A stretch of 64,000 bases of DNA from Zygnema circumcarinatum SAG 698-1b (GCA_037447605.1 CM074820.1:248001-312000), one strand, 5' to 3'. Positions 46,201-59,389 are shown, counted from the stretch's first letter. A program made the numbers and translations. Notes: a model not told the origin generated them from the letters alone.

Positions 46201-47108
46201 CATCCCTCTTTCCCTCCCTTCCCCCCCCAACCACTCCCTCCCTCCCTCCCTCCATCCCTCTTTCCCTCCCTTCCCTCCCTTCCCTCCCCAACCACTCCCT
46301 CCCTCCCTCCATCCATCCCTCTTTCCCTCCCTTCCCCCCGCAACCACTCCCTCCCTCCCTCCATCCATCCCTCTTTCCCTCCCTCCCCCCCCCCAACCAC
46401 TCCCTCCCTCCTCTCTCTCTCTCTTACCCACTCTCTCCCCCACTCTCTCTCCCACTCTCTCCCCCACTCTCTCCCCCCTCCCCTCTCTCTCTCTCTCTCT
46501 TTCTCTCTCATTTGAGGCAGCTCAAAGTAGCAGTAGTGGCTGCCCAATGTCTGCGGTTGACGGGTACACCTCACGATATTCTCCTACTCGCCGGCGGAAA
46601 TGCGAATTTAAATAATTTGGACCCGGAGGACATTTTTTTGATCGACCAACACTTCACTTCCATGCGACCCGTTTCCGCTATACGGAATCCGTACACACAT
46701 AACGCATATGCCAAGCTCCATGCGTGGGCTCTAACGGAATACACTCGAGTGGTTTATTTGGACATAGACATTCTCGTCATTGAAAATATCGATGAATTAT
46801 TTACACATTCGGGCCTTGCTGCCGTTCCTGATGTTTACGAATCAACAAAGTTTAACGCAGGAGTTATTGTGCTCGAGCCTTCTTTAGCCACTTACAGTCG
46901 AATGGTCTTTATGGCGGGAAGCCGAACATCTTATAATCGCGATGATCAGGTAAAGTTTCAATTTCATTCAGCTATGGTTTCTGCAATTTTAGGGTTAGAA
47001 TTAGGGTTAGGTTTTGAGCCTTGCGTTTCAATACACTCAATATGGACTCGCGGAAAGCTATCCATTGTCACGTTAAAAGCAGTAGAGAGAAGGGACAGAG
47101 AGACAGAC

Positions 47109-47142
<34 letters not shown>

Positions 47143-48565
47143 GTTTATTTCTTAGTCCCCTTCTAGATTCAGATCTGTTGGGGTTCAAAATTTGCCAAGT
47201 TTTCAACGTCCAAATGGATATTGACAGCTGGTTTAATTGAATTCTGAACTTGAACAGGGATTTTTGAACCCGTATTTTGAATCATGGTACAGTATGGACA
47301 TAGAACACCGGCTTCCGTTCAAATTCAACGCAATCATCCACTTCCCCAACACTTATACCCCCCCGGAAGGACTCCATGTAGATCGAGCACATGAATTTTT
47401 GGGACCGATTGCTATAATTCATTTTGCAAATCCATGGTTCAAACCATGGAAAAACCGAAATACAAGTTGCAGTGTTTGGTGTGAAGCATGGTTTAGGGTT
47501 CGGGATGAGCTAGAAAAAAATTCGTGGAAAAGATTGGACCCTGAAAACTTCCAAGTTATGGATGCGATTCCGTTTCCATGGTTGGATTTACGGAATCCGT
47601 TTGCCGTTAGACGGCACGCAAGGAAGCAGGCGAAGGGGGAAAGCGAAAATTCAAAAAACCGCAAACCCCACAGCACTGTGAAACCTGAAAACCCTAAAAA
47701 ACTTGAAACTTCTAGAAATTTTAGTTATCCTAATGACCCCATTGATCCTCTTGTGAAGGCAGAGACAGTGAGAAATGAAGGGTTTAAGGGGCATAGGAAA
47801 ATGTGGGATGATAGAATGCAAAACGGGTCTAAAGCGGGAGATGAGAGTGGCGGGAGAAGTAAGGAGAGATGGGAGGATGGGGGAGGAGAGAGAGGGCATG
47901 AGAGTGAGAGAGAAGTGAGACAGCTACAAGGAAGAGATTATAGACCCTCAGGAATTACTGAGGAGACCCTTAAGAATCTACAGTCTTCGGAAACTCCTAA
48001 GAGAGAAAATTCTTTAGAAAACCTAACGGCTTATAACAGGTCCCAAGGAGGGCTGGAAACGAGATATCAACCACCTGAAGAAATAGAGGACGAAGAAGAG
48101 GTAGAGGAGGAGTACGGCGAGAAGACAGTGGAGGGAGAGGAAGCGAAAGAGTTCAAGAGACATGCCTGGATATGGGAGAGAGAGAAACTCTCTCCCCCGG
48201 TGGTAGAGAGAACGATATCTCCACACGTGAGGAGGGGTTACGACGATGATGCTTTTGCTACCTTGCTTTTGAATGAGAATGAAACTTTTCTTGCAGGAAC
48301 TTGGGGTCTCTCATATAGGCAGCATCACCAATTGGGGAAGGGGGGCATTTCTATGCGTCCCGCACTGCTTTTAGTTCTGTCGACCATTCCGGAGGATTCA
48401 TGGCGGCCGTACAAGGTCCGCTTCGACCTTCCGTTGAGCATAGAAAGGATTTTACTGTCATAGTTGAAAGCCTCAAAATTGAATAAAATAAGACCTCCTA
48501 GTGTTAGATGCGCAGGCGAAGCAAGCCACCAACCGGAGCGCCTCCTCGCCTTTCCCCACCCCTCC

Positions 48566-48602
<37 letters not shown>

Positions 48603-49370
48603 NNNNNNNNNNAACCTAACCCTCCCTCCCTCTCCTCTCCGCACTCAAGGCCCTGTTTGCAGACATCCTGGTGGTGGAGCCTCTGCGAATCAACGGCCGC
48701 CAGGTGGCGCTCCCTCCGGAGTTCGCCCTCCTCTACCTGTGGGATCAAACCAAGTACGAACGCATTATCTATGTGAACGCTCTCTCCCTTTTTTGGGATA
48801 ACTGTAACGGAATTCTCGACAGGGAACCCTTCGCAGCTGCACCCTCTGCTCTGCCGGGAGATCGCTTCAGTGCTCGCACCCTTCTCATTCGCCCCGACGA
48901 ACGTACTTTTGAGGTGACTAAGAAAAAAAAAAAAACTTTGGATTTTTCAATTTCTCCAAAAAAAGATGAGTTTTTCATACTTAGCCCTAAAATGTTGCTC
49001 GTGCTTTCCCCCCCCCCTATTCCCCCCTGTGCAGGACATGTTGGGAAAGCTCGCATCTCCCCTTTACCCTAAAGACAATATAGAGAACTTTTTGAATGCC
49101 TATTTCAACACATGGTATGCTTCCCCTGCTCCCCATCGGATGCATCTCTCCTATGCCGTCGACACCATGCTCAAACCGTACAGCATGAAATACATTCATC
49201 CTTGGAAAATTATTTCATTCGATCCGCGAATGCCCCCATTCAGCAACTTAGAGAGGTGGAGGGGGCAACCCAGGATGTATGCCGCTACAAGGTGGCGACT
49301 CACTTTTTGCCGACTTAGGACTAAGTTAAGACCACTTCACTTACGCAGTTTGTGTGCGGAGGATCGGTGA
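43650..49370 (+). CDS. Type II membrane multidomain glycosyltransferase: TM - GT64 - GT8 - degenerate GT8 (1396 aa)
   Basis: Exons 43650-44506, 44813-45959, 46521-46949, 47258-48415, 48650-48913, 49035-49370 total 4191 nt = 1397 codons with consistent phases. TM QVLLLLFMYAFVVALIWYV. GT64 motifs VLWCYDDLVV, FEVWK...IGMTPRSH, DCSDLALNFL, RSECLNQF...MPL. GT8 motifs AYV, KLHAWALTEY...VYLDID, FNAGVIVLEPS, DQGFLN, IHF...KPW. Confidence 0.88.
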
Positions 49371-50317
49371 AACGGATCATCGCTGATGTCATTGTTGTTG
49401 CTGACGTCATTCTGATGTCATTGCTGAAGTCACCTGCACTTGCATGGGGGCGTTGTATTCTAGATTTTTTCAGAACCCATCATTTTCTTTTTTTGGGTTC
49501 TTAAATTTATTTTTCTTTCCTTTCTTTCCTTTATTAAGATTTGCATTCTGAAAGCGGCGCCCAATGAAAATAAAGTGGTAGCTTTAGCTCTAGCTTATGT
49601 TATGTCAAGTTATGTCAAGTTATGTCGATGTGTGCGTGATGATGTAGACGACTACCACATACTGTGACATCCCTCTGCATGTGTGCAATAAAGGTTTGTA
49701 ATTTCGTGACTAAGCCAGACTTAATTATTAGAGGGACAATTCTAACCATCAAAAATTCTTGAATGGAAGTCTTAACTATCGACAAATGGCCAAAAAGGAA
49801 AGTCCCAGCTATTCGCCATCACTTACTAACACTTCACTAAAGGCACGGGTAAAATGAAAACGTTCGGTTTTGTGGTGTCATTTGACTCTGGACCACCTCT
49901 TACTTACATACATCACCATATCCTTTTAGTTATATTTTGATAACGAGTCCGGTTAAGAGATTCCGAATAGGAACTAGAGTTTAATAAGTAATTTCATAGT
50001 GTCATCTGGCTGGGAGTTTGCTAGTTCAGGAGGTGACTATGTGAAGGTAACAACATAAGCGGTTGACTATTAGCCACTGACTTATATGACCTTTCATAAA
50101 AGCCCGGTTCAAAGCGAACCACCAAAAAATAAATCAAACCATCACAAGGTACTCATAATTGATCAAATTTTGCCGCCGTCGAAATAGATTTCCCGTGTTT
50201 GGGAGTACAAAAAAGTATCCAGAGGATCCGGAGAATCCCTAAACCCTAAACCCTACCTTCTAGATCCTTCTTCTTCTTCTCTTTCTTCTTCTTCTACTAC
50301 TTCTTCTGCTTCTTCTT

Positions 50318-52021
50318 CTAGTGACAGAAGAGTTTGATGGACGCGTCAGCTCCTGCAGTGAAGAGCCATGGCTGCCGCGGATGGAAAACGCAGTCCAGCA
50401 CGCCTGCACATGTGCGAACAACCGTTTACAGTTGCGTAAGAAATCCGTTCAAAGCTGTGCATGTAGAAAGAAGGGGAGGCGTAACAGACTAAGAAGAGAG
50501 GACAGGAGAAAGATTTCCGGGAGGGGGGAGAGGGCGGAGAGGGGGNNNNNNNNNNGAGAGGGGGGAGCGGGGGGAGAAGGGGGAGGGGGGAGGGGGGAGG
50601 GACACTGACCTAACTGATTGACGACTTCATGTCCGCGCAAAATTTTGACCGGCACAATTAACGGATTTTGCAACAGATCGGAGTAAACCATGCCATGGAA
50701 CACGTGTGCCGTTCCATCGTCCGAAGAAGAAGCAAATAGCGGGTATGTCGGGTGAAACGCGACACTTGTCACACCTGAAGCGTGATTCCTGTCACACAAT
50801 AAACCCTAAAACTCAGTAGATGAATTCCATGCAACGTTTTTACTGAAACCGATTAGTTTCATTCCTTCATTGAAGTTCCTCCATTCTCTGGTTTCAAAAA
50901 TGATTCCAAAAAATTGCAAATTAACCTGCACGGTTTTTTAAAATAAACTTGCAATTGGCCCACATAGAAACCGACGGTTCATGGTAAGCCGACAGTTTGA
51001 CGCTGCGAAACCGAGTTTTTAGATATCAAGTTTTTCTGAGTCGACGTTTGTGATATGGACGATTCAGTACATCATTTGATTCTGAGGCACATTCCGGAAT
51101 TCAGGCAATTAGGGTTTCTTTAGGGTTCAGACTCACCTGAGGGTGCGGTACGGCTTTGTGGAGAGGTCCATGTCAAACCAAACAAGACGCATGTCCTGAC
51201 TGCCCACTAACACGTTATCGCCTGCACTCCTCCATACGCAAAACCACTCAGAAGGGAGGGGAGGGGGGAGGGGGNNNNNNNNNNTCCCCCTTCCCCCCTC
51301 CCCCTCCCCTCCCCCCCTCACCTCCCTTCCCCCCCCTCTTTTCACCCCCTCCCTCTCTAACTCCCCCTCCCCCTCCCCCTCCCTCTCCCTCTTCCCTCCC
51401 TCCCCCTCTCCCTCCCTACCTCCCGGATGTATCGCCATGGAGGAGATTTGCTGCACTCCCGAAGTGAGCTTCTTGGCGAGCTGCTGCTTGAGCAGGTTGT
51501 AGCTCCGCACGTGCGAGCGCGAGGCGACCAATAGGAGCGGCTTGGAGGGGTGGAAGCACACCCTTTCCACGCGGCCGTGGGAGCGTTTGAAGGGACGCTG
51601 AGAGGAGCGGGAGGAGAGCTGATGGACGGTTACAGCTTGAGTGTTACGTGGGGGAGGGGGGGGAAGTTAAGGGAACATATTAATGGGAAAATGAAAGGGT
51701 AAACATGGGATAACGAAAGGGGTAAAAAGTGGGGGGGGGAAGGGGGAAAAAATGGGGAAAAAATGGTTAAAAATGGGTTAAAAATGGTGAAGTATGAGCT
51801 AAAGAAGGGGGTGGAAAGGGATTGCGATTGACTTTTTTGACTTGGTTGACCTGATTTGACTTGACTTGGATTGACTTGACTCGAGGAAAGGAAAGGAAAG
51901 GAAAGGGCGAGAGGGAGGAGAGGGAGAGGATATCTTCAGGAGCAACGCTTGTGAAGTAATCGCCTTTATGATGCCATGAAACATAATGAATCTCCTGCAG
52001 AGAGAGAGAGAGAGAGAGAGA

Positions 52022-52061
<40 letters not shown>

Positions 52062-52351
52062 AAGAGGGGAATCTCACTTTCTCCAGTGACTTGAAATGGA
52101 AGCCTACTTCTTTGAGTGTTTGGTTGCACTTTTCTCTCTTCCTCCCTCCATTATCTCAAAAGTGAGAGAGGGAGAGAGAGGGAGAGAGAGGGCGAGAGAG
52201 AGAGACGCTCACATGAGTGTGAGTGAGACTGAGTCCCGAGGTCTGTGGGTGGCTCCCCCATACAACAACTGATGCACCTGCACACATAACAGCTATCCCT
52301 TTAGAGAGAGAGAGAGGGGGGGGGGGAGAGAGAGAGAGAGAGGGGGGGGGG

Positions 52352-52388
<37 letters not shown>

Positions 52389-52684
52389 ATGACTGACCAG
52401 CAGAACTTGGCGCCTTTTTTACAGAAAGCAGCTCCGTTGCAGGTCCCAAGTCCTCTATGTCAGTCTCCATCAGAAGCAAAATCACCTGCTTGTCTCTGCA
52501 GGAAACAAAAACTCAAATGAGATATAGTTTTAGTAAGTAAATACGAACAAATAAATCAAATAATGCATGTATCACAGTTATGACCAGATCCTCAGCATTA
52601 GAGCATGCAGAATGTTATAAACTTTCGATTCCCCTATTAAACATTAAGCTGTTAAAACACAATATGCGAAACATTTTCTCAGAT

Positions 52685-52719
<35 letters not shown>

Positions 52720-53467
52720 GNNNNNNNNNNTCCCCCTTCCCCCCTCCCCCTCCCCTCCCCCCCTCACCTCCCTTCCCCCCCCTCTTTTCACCCCCTCCCT
52801 CTCTAACTCCCCCTCCCCCTCCCCCTCCCTCTCCCTCTTCCCTCCCTCCCCCTCTCCCTCCCTACCTCCCGGATGTATCGCCATGGAGGAGATTTGCTGC
52901 ACTCCCGAAGTGAGCTTCTTGGCGAGCTGCTGCTTGAGCAGGTTGTAGCTCCGCACGTGCGAGCGCGAGGCGACCAATAGGAGCGGCTTGGAGGGGTGGA
53001 AGCACACCCTTTCCACGCGGCCGTGGGAGCGTTTGAAGGGACGCTGAGAGGAGCGGGAGGAGAGCTGATGGACGGTTACAGCTTGAGTGTTACGTGGGGG
53101 AGGGGGGGGAAGTTAAGGGAACATATTAATGGGAAAATGAAAGGGTAAACATGGGATAACGAAAGGGGTAAAAAGTGGGGGGGGGAAGGGGGAAAAAATG
53201 GGGAAAAAATGGTTAAAAATGGGTTAAAAATGGTGAAGTATGAGCTAAAGAAGGGGGTGGAAAGGGATTGCGATTGACTTTTTTGACTTGGTTGACCTGA
53301 TTTGACTTGACTTGGATTGACTTGACTCGAGGAAAGGAAAGGAAAGGAAAGGGCGAGAGGGAGGAGAGGGAGAGGATATCTTCAGGAGCAACGCTTGTGA
53401 AGTAATCGCCTTTATGATGCCATGAAACATAATGAATCTCCTGCAGAGAGAGAGAGAGAGAGAGAGA

Positions 53468-53507
<40 letters not shown>

Positions 53508-53797
53508 AAGAGGGGAATCTCACTTTCTCCAGTGACTTGAAATGGAAGCCTACTTCTTTGAGTGTTTGGTTGCACTTTTCTCTCTTCCTCCCTCCATTAT
53601 CTCAAAAGTGAGAGAGGGAGAGAGAGGGAGAGAGAGGGCGAGAGAGAGAGACGCTCACATGAGTGTGAGTGAGACTGAGTCCCGAGGTCTGTGGGTGGCT
53701 CCCCCATACAACAACTGATGCACCTGCACACATAACAGCTATCCCTTTAGAGAGAGAGAGAGGGGGGGGGGGAGAGAGAGAGAGAGAGGGGGGGGGG

Positions 53798-53834
<37 letters not shown>

Positions 53835-54130
53835 ATGACTGACCAGCAGAACTTGGCGCCTTTTTTACAGAAAGCAGCTCCGTTGCAGGTCCCAAGTCCT
53901 CTATGTCAGTCTCCATCAGAAGCAAAATCACCTGCTTGTCTCTGCAGGAAACAAAAACTCAAATGAGATATAGTTTTAGTAAGTAAATACGAACAAATAA
54001 ATCAAATAATGCATGTATCACAGTTATGACCAGATCCTCAGCATTAGAGCATGCAGAATGTTATAAACTTTCGATTCCCCTATTAAACATTAAGCTGTTA
54101 AAACACAATATGCGAAACATTTTCTCAGAT

Positions 54131-54165
<35 letters not shown>

Positions 54166-54990
54166 GGGACGAGAGAGAGAGAGGGGGAGAGAGAGAGAGA
54201 GGGGGAGAGAGAGAGAGGGGGAGAGAGAGGGAGGGGGAGAGAGAGAGAGGGGGACAGAGAGAGAGAGGGGAAGAGAGAGAGAGAGAGAGAGGGGGAGAGA
54301 GAGAGAGAGAGAGAGAGGGGGAGAGAGAGAGAAAGAGAGAGAGGGGGAGAGAGAGAGAGAGAGAGAGAGAGCAGTAGAAAAGACTTACACAGCCACTGCC
54401 AGAATGGGAAGGTTCCGAACAGGGTTCCATGCGATATTCCGAACTTTGCCGCCAATTTCCCACACTTTCCGACATCTTCCAGTTTGAATTTCCCACATGC
54501 GAACTGTTCCGTCACTCGATCCTGCAAAAGTCAACGGTCAAACCGTTAGGGCTCTTGGAGAGAGAGAGGCAGCATGTCTGGGTGTGTGTGTGCGTGAGAG
54601 GGAGAGGGAGAGAGAGTGCGAGGGAAAGGGAGAGAAAGAAAAAGAGGGAGAGAGAGGGCGAGAGCAAGAGAGCAAGACAAAGAGACACAGAGGGAGAGAG
54701 AGAGGTAGAGAAAAAGGAGAGAATGTACGAGAGAGAGCGAGCAAGAGAATAAGAAGCTGAAAGAGGCAGAGACAGAGGGAGGGAGAGAGAGAGGGAGAGA
54801 GGGAGAGAGGGAGAGAGGGAGAGGGAGCCGTACCGGAGGCGAGCCACTGTCCCGAGGGGTCGACTGCGAGAGAGCGCACTGCTGCCACGTGTCCTTTGAA
54901 TTCCAAACAGAGAGTGGTGGGGAAGGGCTTCAAAGCGCTCGGAGGAGGGAGGCGAGGGAGGAGACTCGCCGGGTCGATGTTCAGCTGCGG

Positions 54991-55029
<39 letters not shown>

Positions 55030-57384
55030 NNNNNNNNNNAGAGAGAGAGAGAGAGGGAGAGAGAGAGAGAGAGATAGAGGAGAGGGGAAGAGAGAGAGAG
55101 AGAGAAATAGAGGAGAGGGGAAGAGGGGGGGGAGTGGGGGAAAGGAAGAGAGGGGTGGCAGAGAAAGAAAGAGGGATGGTGAGAGCTTATACGTATATTT
55201 GTAAATCTGTGCATACATATGCAAAGGTTCTAGAAATCCTAATAAATAGAAAGCAAGTGATGACAAAGAAACGTCGCAATTGCTGTTACTATGCTGGCAA
55301 GATGGGTTTTTTGAAAAAGAAAAATGTATATATAAAGATATTAGACATCATACCCTCTTTTTCCTCGATCTCGGGCACAAGTAAAGGTCCAAACATCGCT
55401 CGAATCGCTCCTTTATAAATTCTGAATACGCTGGAACAGCCCTAAGGGACGTAAATCTGAAAAATAAAATAATGAAGGGGGAAGGAGGGGGGGGGGAGGG
55501 GTTGGGTTTAAGGGGGGGAACACAAACAAACACATATGAGAAAAAATTGGGGGTACATACATGAAGAAAATGTGTAGAATTTGCAGGTTGGAAGTAAATA
55601 CGGAGTTTTTGGTATGATAGTTTTTGAAGATTACTTACTGTTTCGGAATGAAGTTTGGCCGATCTTCCTCATACATTAAATCGTAGCCCTTCACCTCTTC
55701 CTCTGTGGGAATGTACTCCACCGGAGGGTTGTAGGACTCCGCGTGCCCTGAACCCCAGGGTTCACGCAATGCAGTGAGAGAGAGAGAGAGAGGGAGAGAG
55801 AGAGAGAGGGAGAGAGAGAGAGAGAAGGGAGGGGAGAGAGGGAGGAAGAGGGAGAGAGCGGGCAGAGATTGGGGGAGAGATGAGAGAGAGAGAGGTGGAG
55901 AGAGAGGGAGGGGAGGGGAGGGAGGGAGGAAGAGGGAGAGAGCGGGCAGAGCGTGGGGGGAGAGATGGGAGAGAGAGAGGTGGAGAGAGAGGGGGGGAGG
56001 GGAGGGAGGGAGGAAGAGGGAGAGAGCGGGCAGAGAGTGGGGGGAGAGATGGGAGAGAGTGAGGTGGAGAAAGGCAGGAGAGGGGGGAGAGAGAGGGGAG
56101 CGAGAGAAAGGAATGAGAAAAGGAAGAGAGAGAGAGGAGATAGGGGAGGGGGAGGAGCAAAGAGTGAGAGAGAGAGACGGGGAACGAAAAGAGAGAGAGG
56201 TAGAGAGAACGGAGAGGGGGGAGGGCAGAGAAGAGGGAGAGAGCACGGCGGGGAGAAAGAAAAGGACAAGGGAAGGAGTCAGGGGAAAAGGAGAGAGAGG
56301 GGGGAGGGGGAGGGGGGAAGAGGGAGAGAGAGGCAATACCTGGTAACTTCAACTTCGGTGGGGGAATATATGCTAAACCGTTTTCTGTCTTTGTCGCAGA
56401 TCGCAGGTCATCCCCCCAAAGTAGATAAACTTTTGGTTTTTTCGGTTCTTTATTTAATTTGATCCAACCCTTTCGAAGTGCCCGAACCAACCTCACCACC
56501 TGTTAATGCAAAAAATTTAAAATTCAAGAGAATTCGAATATATTGTCTAGGAGAACGAATGTGTGGATGGACCCACAACCCTAAACATCGAAAAATTCAA
56601 TCCATGTCATAAAACATAATCTCCCTCTCTCTCCCTCTCCCTCTCCCTCTCACTCCCTCTCGCCCTCTCTCCCTCTCTCCCTCTCTCCCATTCTCCCTCT
56701 CTCCCTCTCTCCCTCTCCCTCTCTCCCTCTCTTCCTCTCTCCCTCTTTCCCTCTCTCCCGCTCTCCCTCTCTCTCCCTCTCTCCCTCTCTCCCTCTCTCT
56801 TCTCTCTCTCTCTCTCCCCCTCCCCCTCCCTGAGAACCCAACACCCCACAAACGCAAACCCTAAGCTGGACACAAAAACACTGTTCAAAAAAGGCCCTCA
56901 AAACCGTAAAGCCGTAATAAGGAAGTGATTGGAATATTTAATTGGAAGAAATTTTCCGTTTAACGGAGTCATGGAACGCACCGTTTTGGCCTCCCACTTT
57001 GAGGGCACAAATCTTCTCTTCGGCTCCGGAGCACTCGACAAAGGATGGCCCTTGTCTTCCCAATCGAACCAGTCCACGTAGGGCTGAAAATTTTTAAACA
57101 AGTAAAAATAAATAAATACGTTATCTTTCAATGCATGTCTGCTCTAAGTTATTTCTTTGTTTATGTGTTCATATGTTCACGTGATTATATAATATATTTA
57201 CGTTTCGACAGATACATATATGTATAAGGGTATTATCAAAATTTTCCAAGCAAATGTGATTTTTTTGATGGTGAGGATGATGCTGCCGAGCCATTGCAAA
57301 CTAACTAACAAAGGAAACTCTTTCTTTGGAAAAGTATCATACTATGAATTTGGCTATTTATAAAGCCGAAAAATAGTGTTTAGT

Positions 57385-57415
<31 letters not shown>

Positions 57416-59389
57416 ACAACATTTGTACCCCAGAGGGCGAGGAAGAAAGTACCTCGTACGGATTGACTTGCGCATGCGGTAATCTTCCTTGTCGTATTCT
57501 CCGAATCATTCGAATTTCTTCTTTGGTCAATTGAATTTCTTCGTCATTATATTCATCATATATCTTCGTCCTGTAAAAATAAAAAATTTAAATACATGAA
57601 CAAAGATAGAGGAAGCTGCTTTCCCTTTTTCAGAGAACTATTGAGTCTATCATTGCAATCTCATTTGAACCATGAAGGTTTCTGCGTGTCTCCCTCCTCC
57701 TCTGCCCGCCCCATCCCTCTCCCTCCCTCTTTCTCTCTCCCTCTCCCCCCCCTCCTCCCCTCTCTCCCCGTCTTCTTCACTCCCCTTCCCTCTCGTTCGT
57801 CTCCCCTCTCTCTCCCTCTCCCTCTCCCTCTCACTCTCTCTCTTCTCTCTCTCCCCCCCCCTCTATATGTATATGAAGAAGAACAACTGCAATCGGCGGA
57901 ACATGGGAGACGTGCCGTACCACTCTTTATCGTTATCAGCACGCGCCAAAAATGAGTCTAACTTATCCTTCCGATTCTTATTCTTTATAATTTTCTTTCC
58001 GTCTCTGTCGAACCCCACATGCTCCTCGTCCTTGTACCACTCCAACGGCACATTGCCAACAGTATTTCTCGAAGGTCTCTGCGCCCCAAAAAGAAAAAAT
58101 AAACTTTAGATAACCAAAATGTAAGAAAACAGTAAAATCAAATAAAACGTAGGACCTACAGTTTTCTCGTTCCTATCACTCACAAACTCTATGCAAGAAG
58201 CCATTTTTTTCTAACACTCCTCTCCCTCCCTCTCTCCACTCCTGCGCGTTCAGGTCGCCTACCTCGCTGCACTTCCCCGTTCCCTTTGTTAACCTTTCAC
58301 GCCTTTCACACCTTTCACACCTCTCCCTCTCCCTTTCCTTCTCCCCCCTTCCCCTCCCTCTCCCTCTCCCGCTCCCTCTCTTTCCTTCCCCCTCCCCCAC
58401 TCTCCCTCCCTCCCTCCCCCCTCCCCCTCCCCCTCCTCCTCCCCCTCTCCCTTTGTCCCTCTCCCTCGTCATCCTTCTCTCCCGTTCCCTCTCCCTCTCC
58501 TTCTCTCTATCTCTATCTATATTCCACCTGAAACTGTACAAGGAAAATTTCGACTCATTGATAGAATGCAATATCTATAAGAAAAACCATCATATTTGAT
58601 TTCTTTCAAACTATGTTTCACAGCGGCTCTAACCGCCCTGCGCTTGCACCCCGATAACCAGTCAAACAATTTAAACGCCAACTGACATTTGGGAATAAGT
58701 TCTCGAAATTGAACTGAACTGCAAGGAAACTATTCCAAAAGCCGTCCTTTCAGAGCAAGCTTCCAAATACCACTCACTTAAGAATTAAAACTAAGGAAGA
58801 AATGGGTTTTCCGAGGTTTAAGTTTCTGGGGCATGGCAATTTAATACTCATGAATCGATTTTTTGGTTAATTGCTTAATTTAGGTTCTGAATTTTAGCTA
58901 ATGTTAGGGTTCCTTGGTTTATTAAGATGTGGAGGTACTCCATACCTCGTCTTCCGAGGAGTCGCTCTCAATTACCCCTCCTCCTCTCTCCTCTCTATCC
59001 ATCGCCATGGCTAGCTCTAGCGCCTCTTCCTCTCCCTCTCCCTCTTCCTCTCCCTCTCCCTCTTCCTCTCCCTCTCCCTCTCCCTCTCCTTCTCCGCCCC
59101 CCTCACTCTCCTGTTCAACCCTCGCTTTTATATAATCCAACATCGCCTCCCGCAACTCTGCATCCACTTCATCTTCCTCCAGCCCCTCTCCCTCCTCTTC
59201 CTCTCCTTCCTCCTCTCCTTCAACTTCTCCTCCTTCCCCCTCTGTGTCCGAGCTCAGCTCAGAGCCGTCCTCCTCCTCCTCCTCCTCCTCCTCATCCTCC
59301 TCTTTAACCGCTCCTCTCTCCATCTCCCTCTCCCTCTCCTCTTCCTCTCTCCCCCTGCCCGCCTCCTTCCTCGTGCTCCTCCCCGCCAT
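50318..59389 (-). CDS. BOP1: Ribosome biogenesis protein BOP1/Erb1 (PeBoW complex, WD40)
   Basis: ATG at 59389 and an acidic first exon. Motifs [89 protein letters not shown]; stop at 50318-50320. Four internal exons appear twice (see duplication). Confidence 0.96.
51285..54166. repeat. 1446-bp-offset direct duplication inside BOP1 (51285-52720 and 52731-54166), each copy preceded by a 10-N gap
   Basis: The ORF track shows identical ORFs at exactly +1446 (51767/53213, 52156/53602, 52580/54026). Microsatellite lengths also appear identical. Confidence 0.92.
51648..51933 (-). other. U12-type (minor spliceosome) AT-AC intron in BOP1; duplicate copy at 53094-53379
   Basis: 5' end ATATCCTCT; branch-point TTCCCTTAAC about 18 nt before the terminal AC. 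Removal joins [15 protein letters not shown] in frame. Confidence 0.85.

Larger units (their letters stand above)
34655..55039. other. Six 10-N scaffold gaps (34655-34664, 48603-48612, 50546-50555, 51275-51284, 52721-52730, 55030-55039), all in low-complexity intron tracts
   Basis: Direct reading. Confidence 0.95.
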
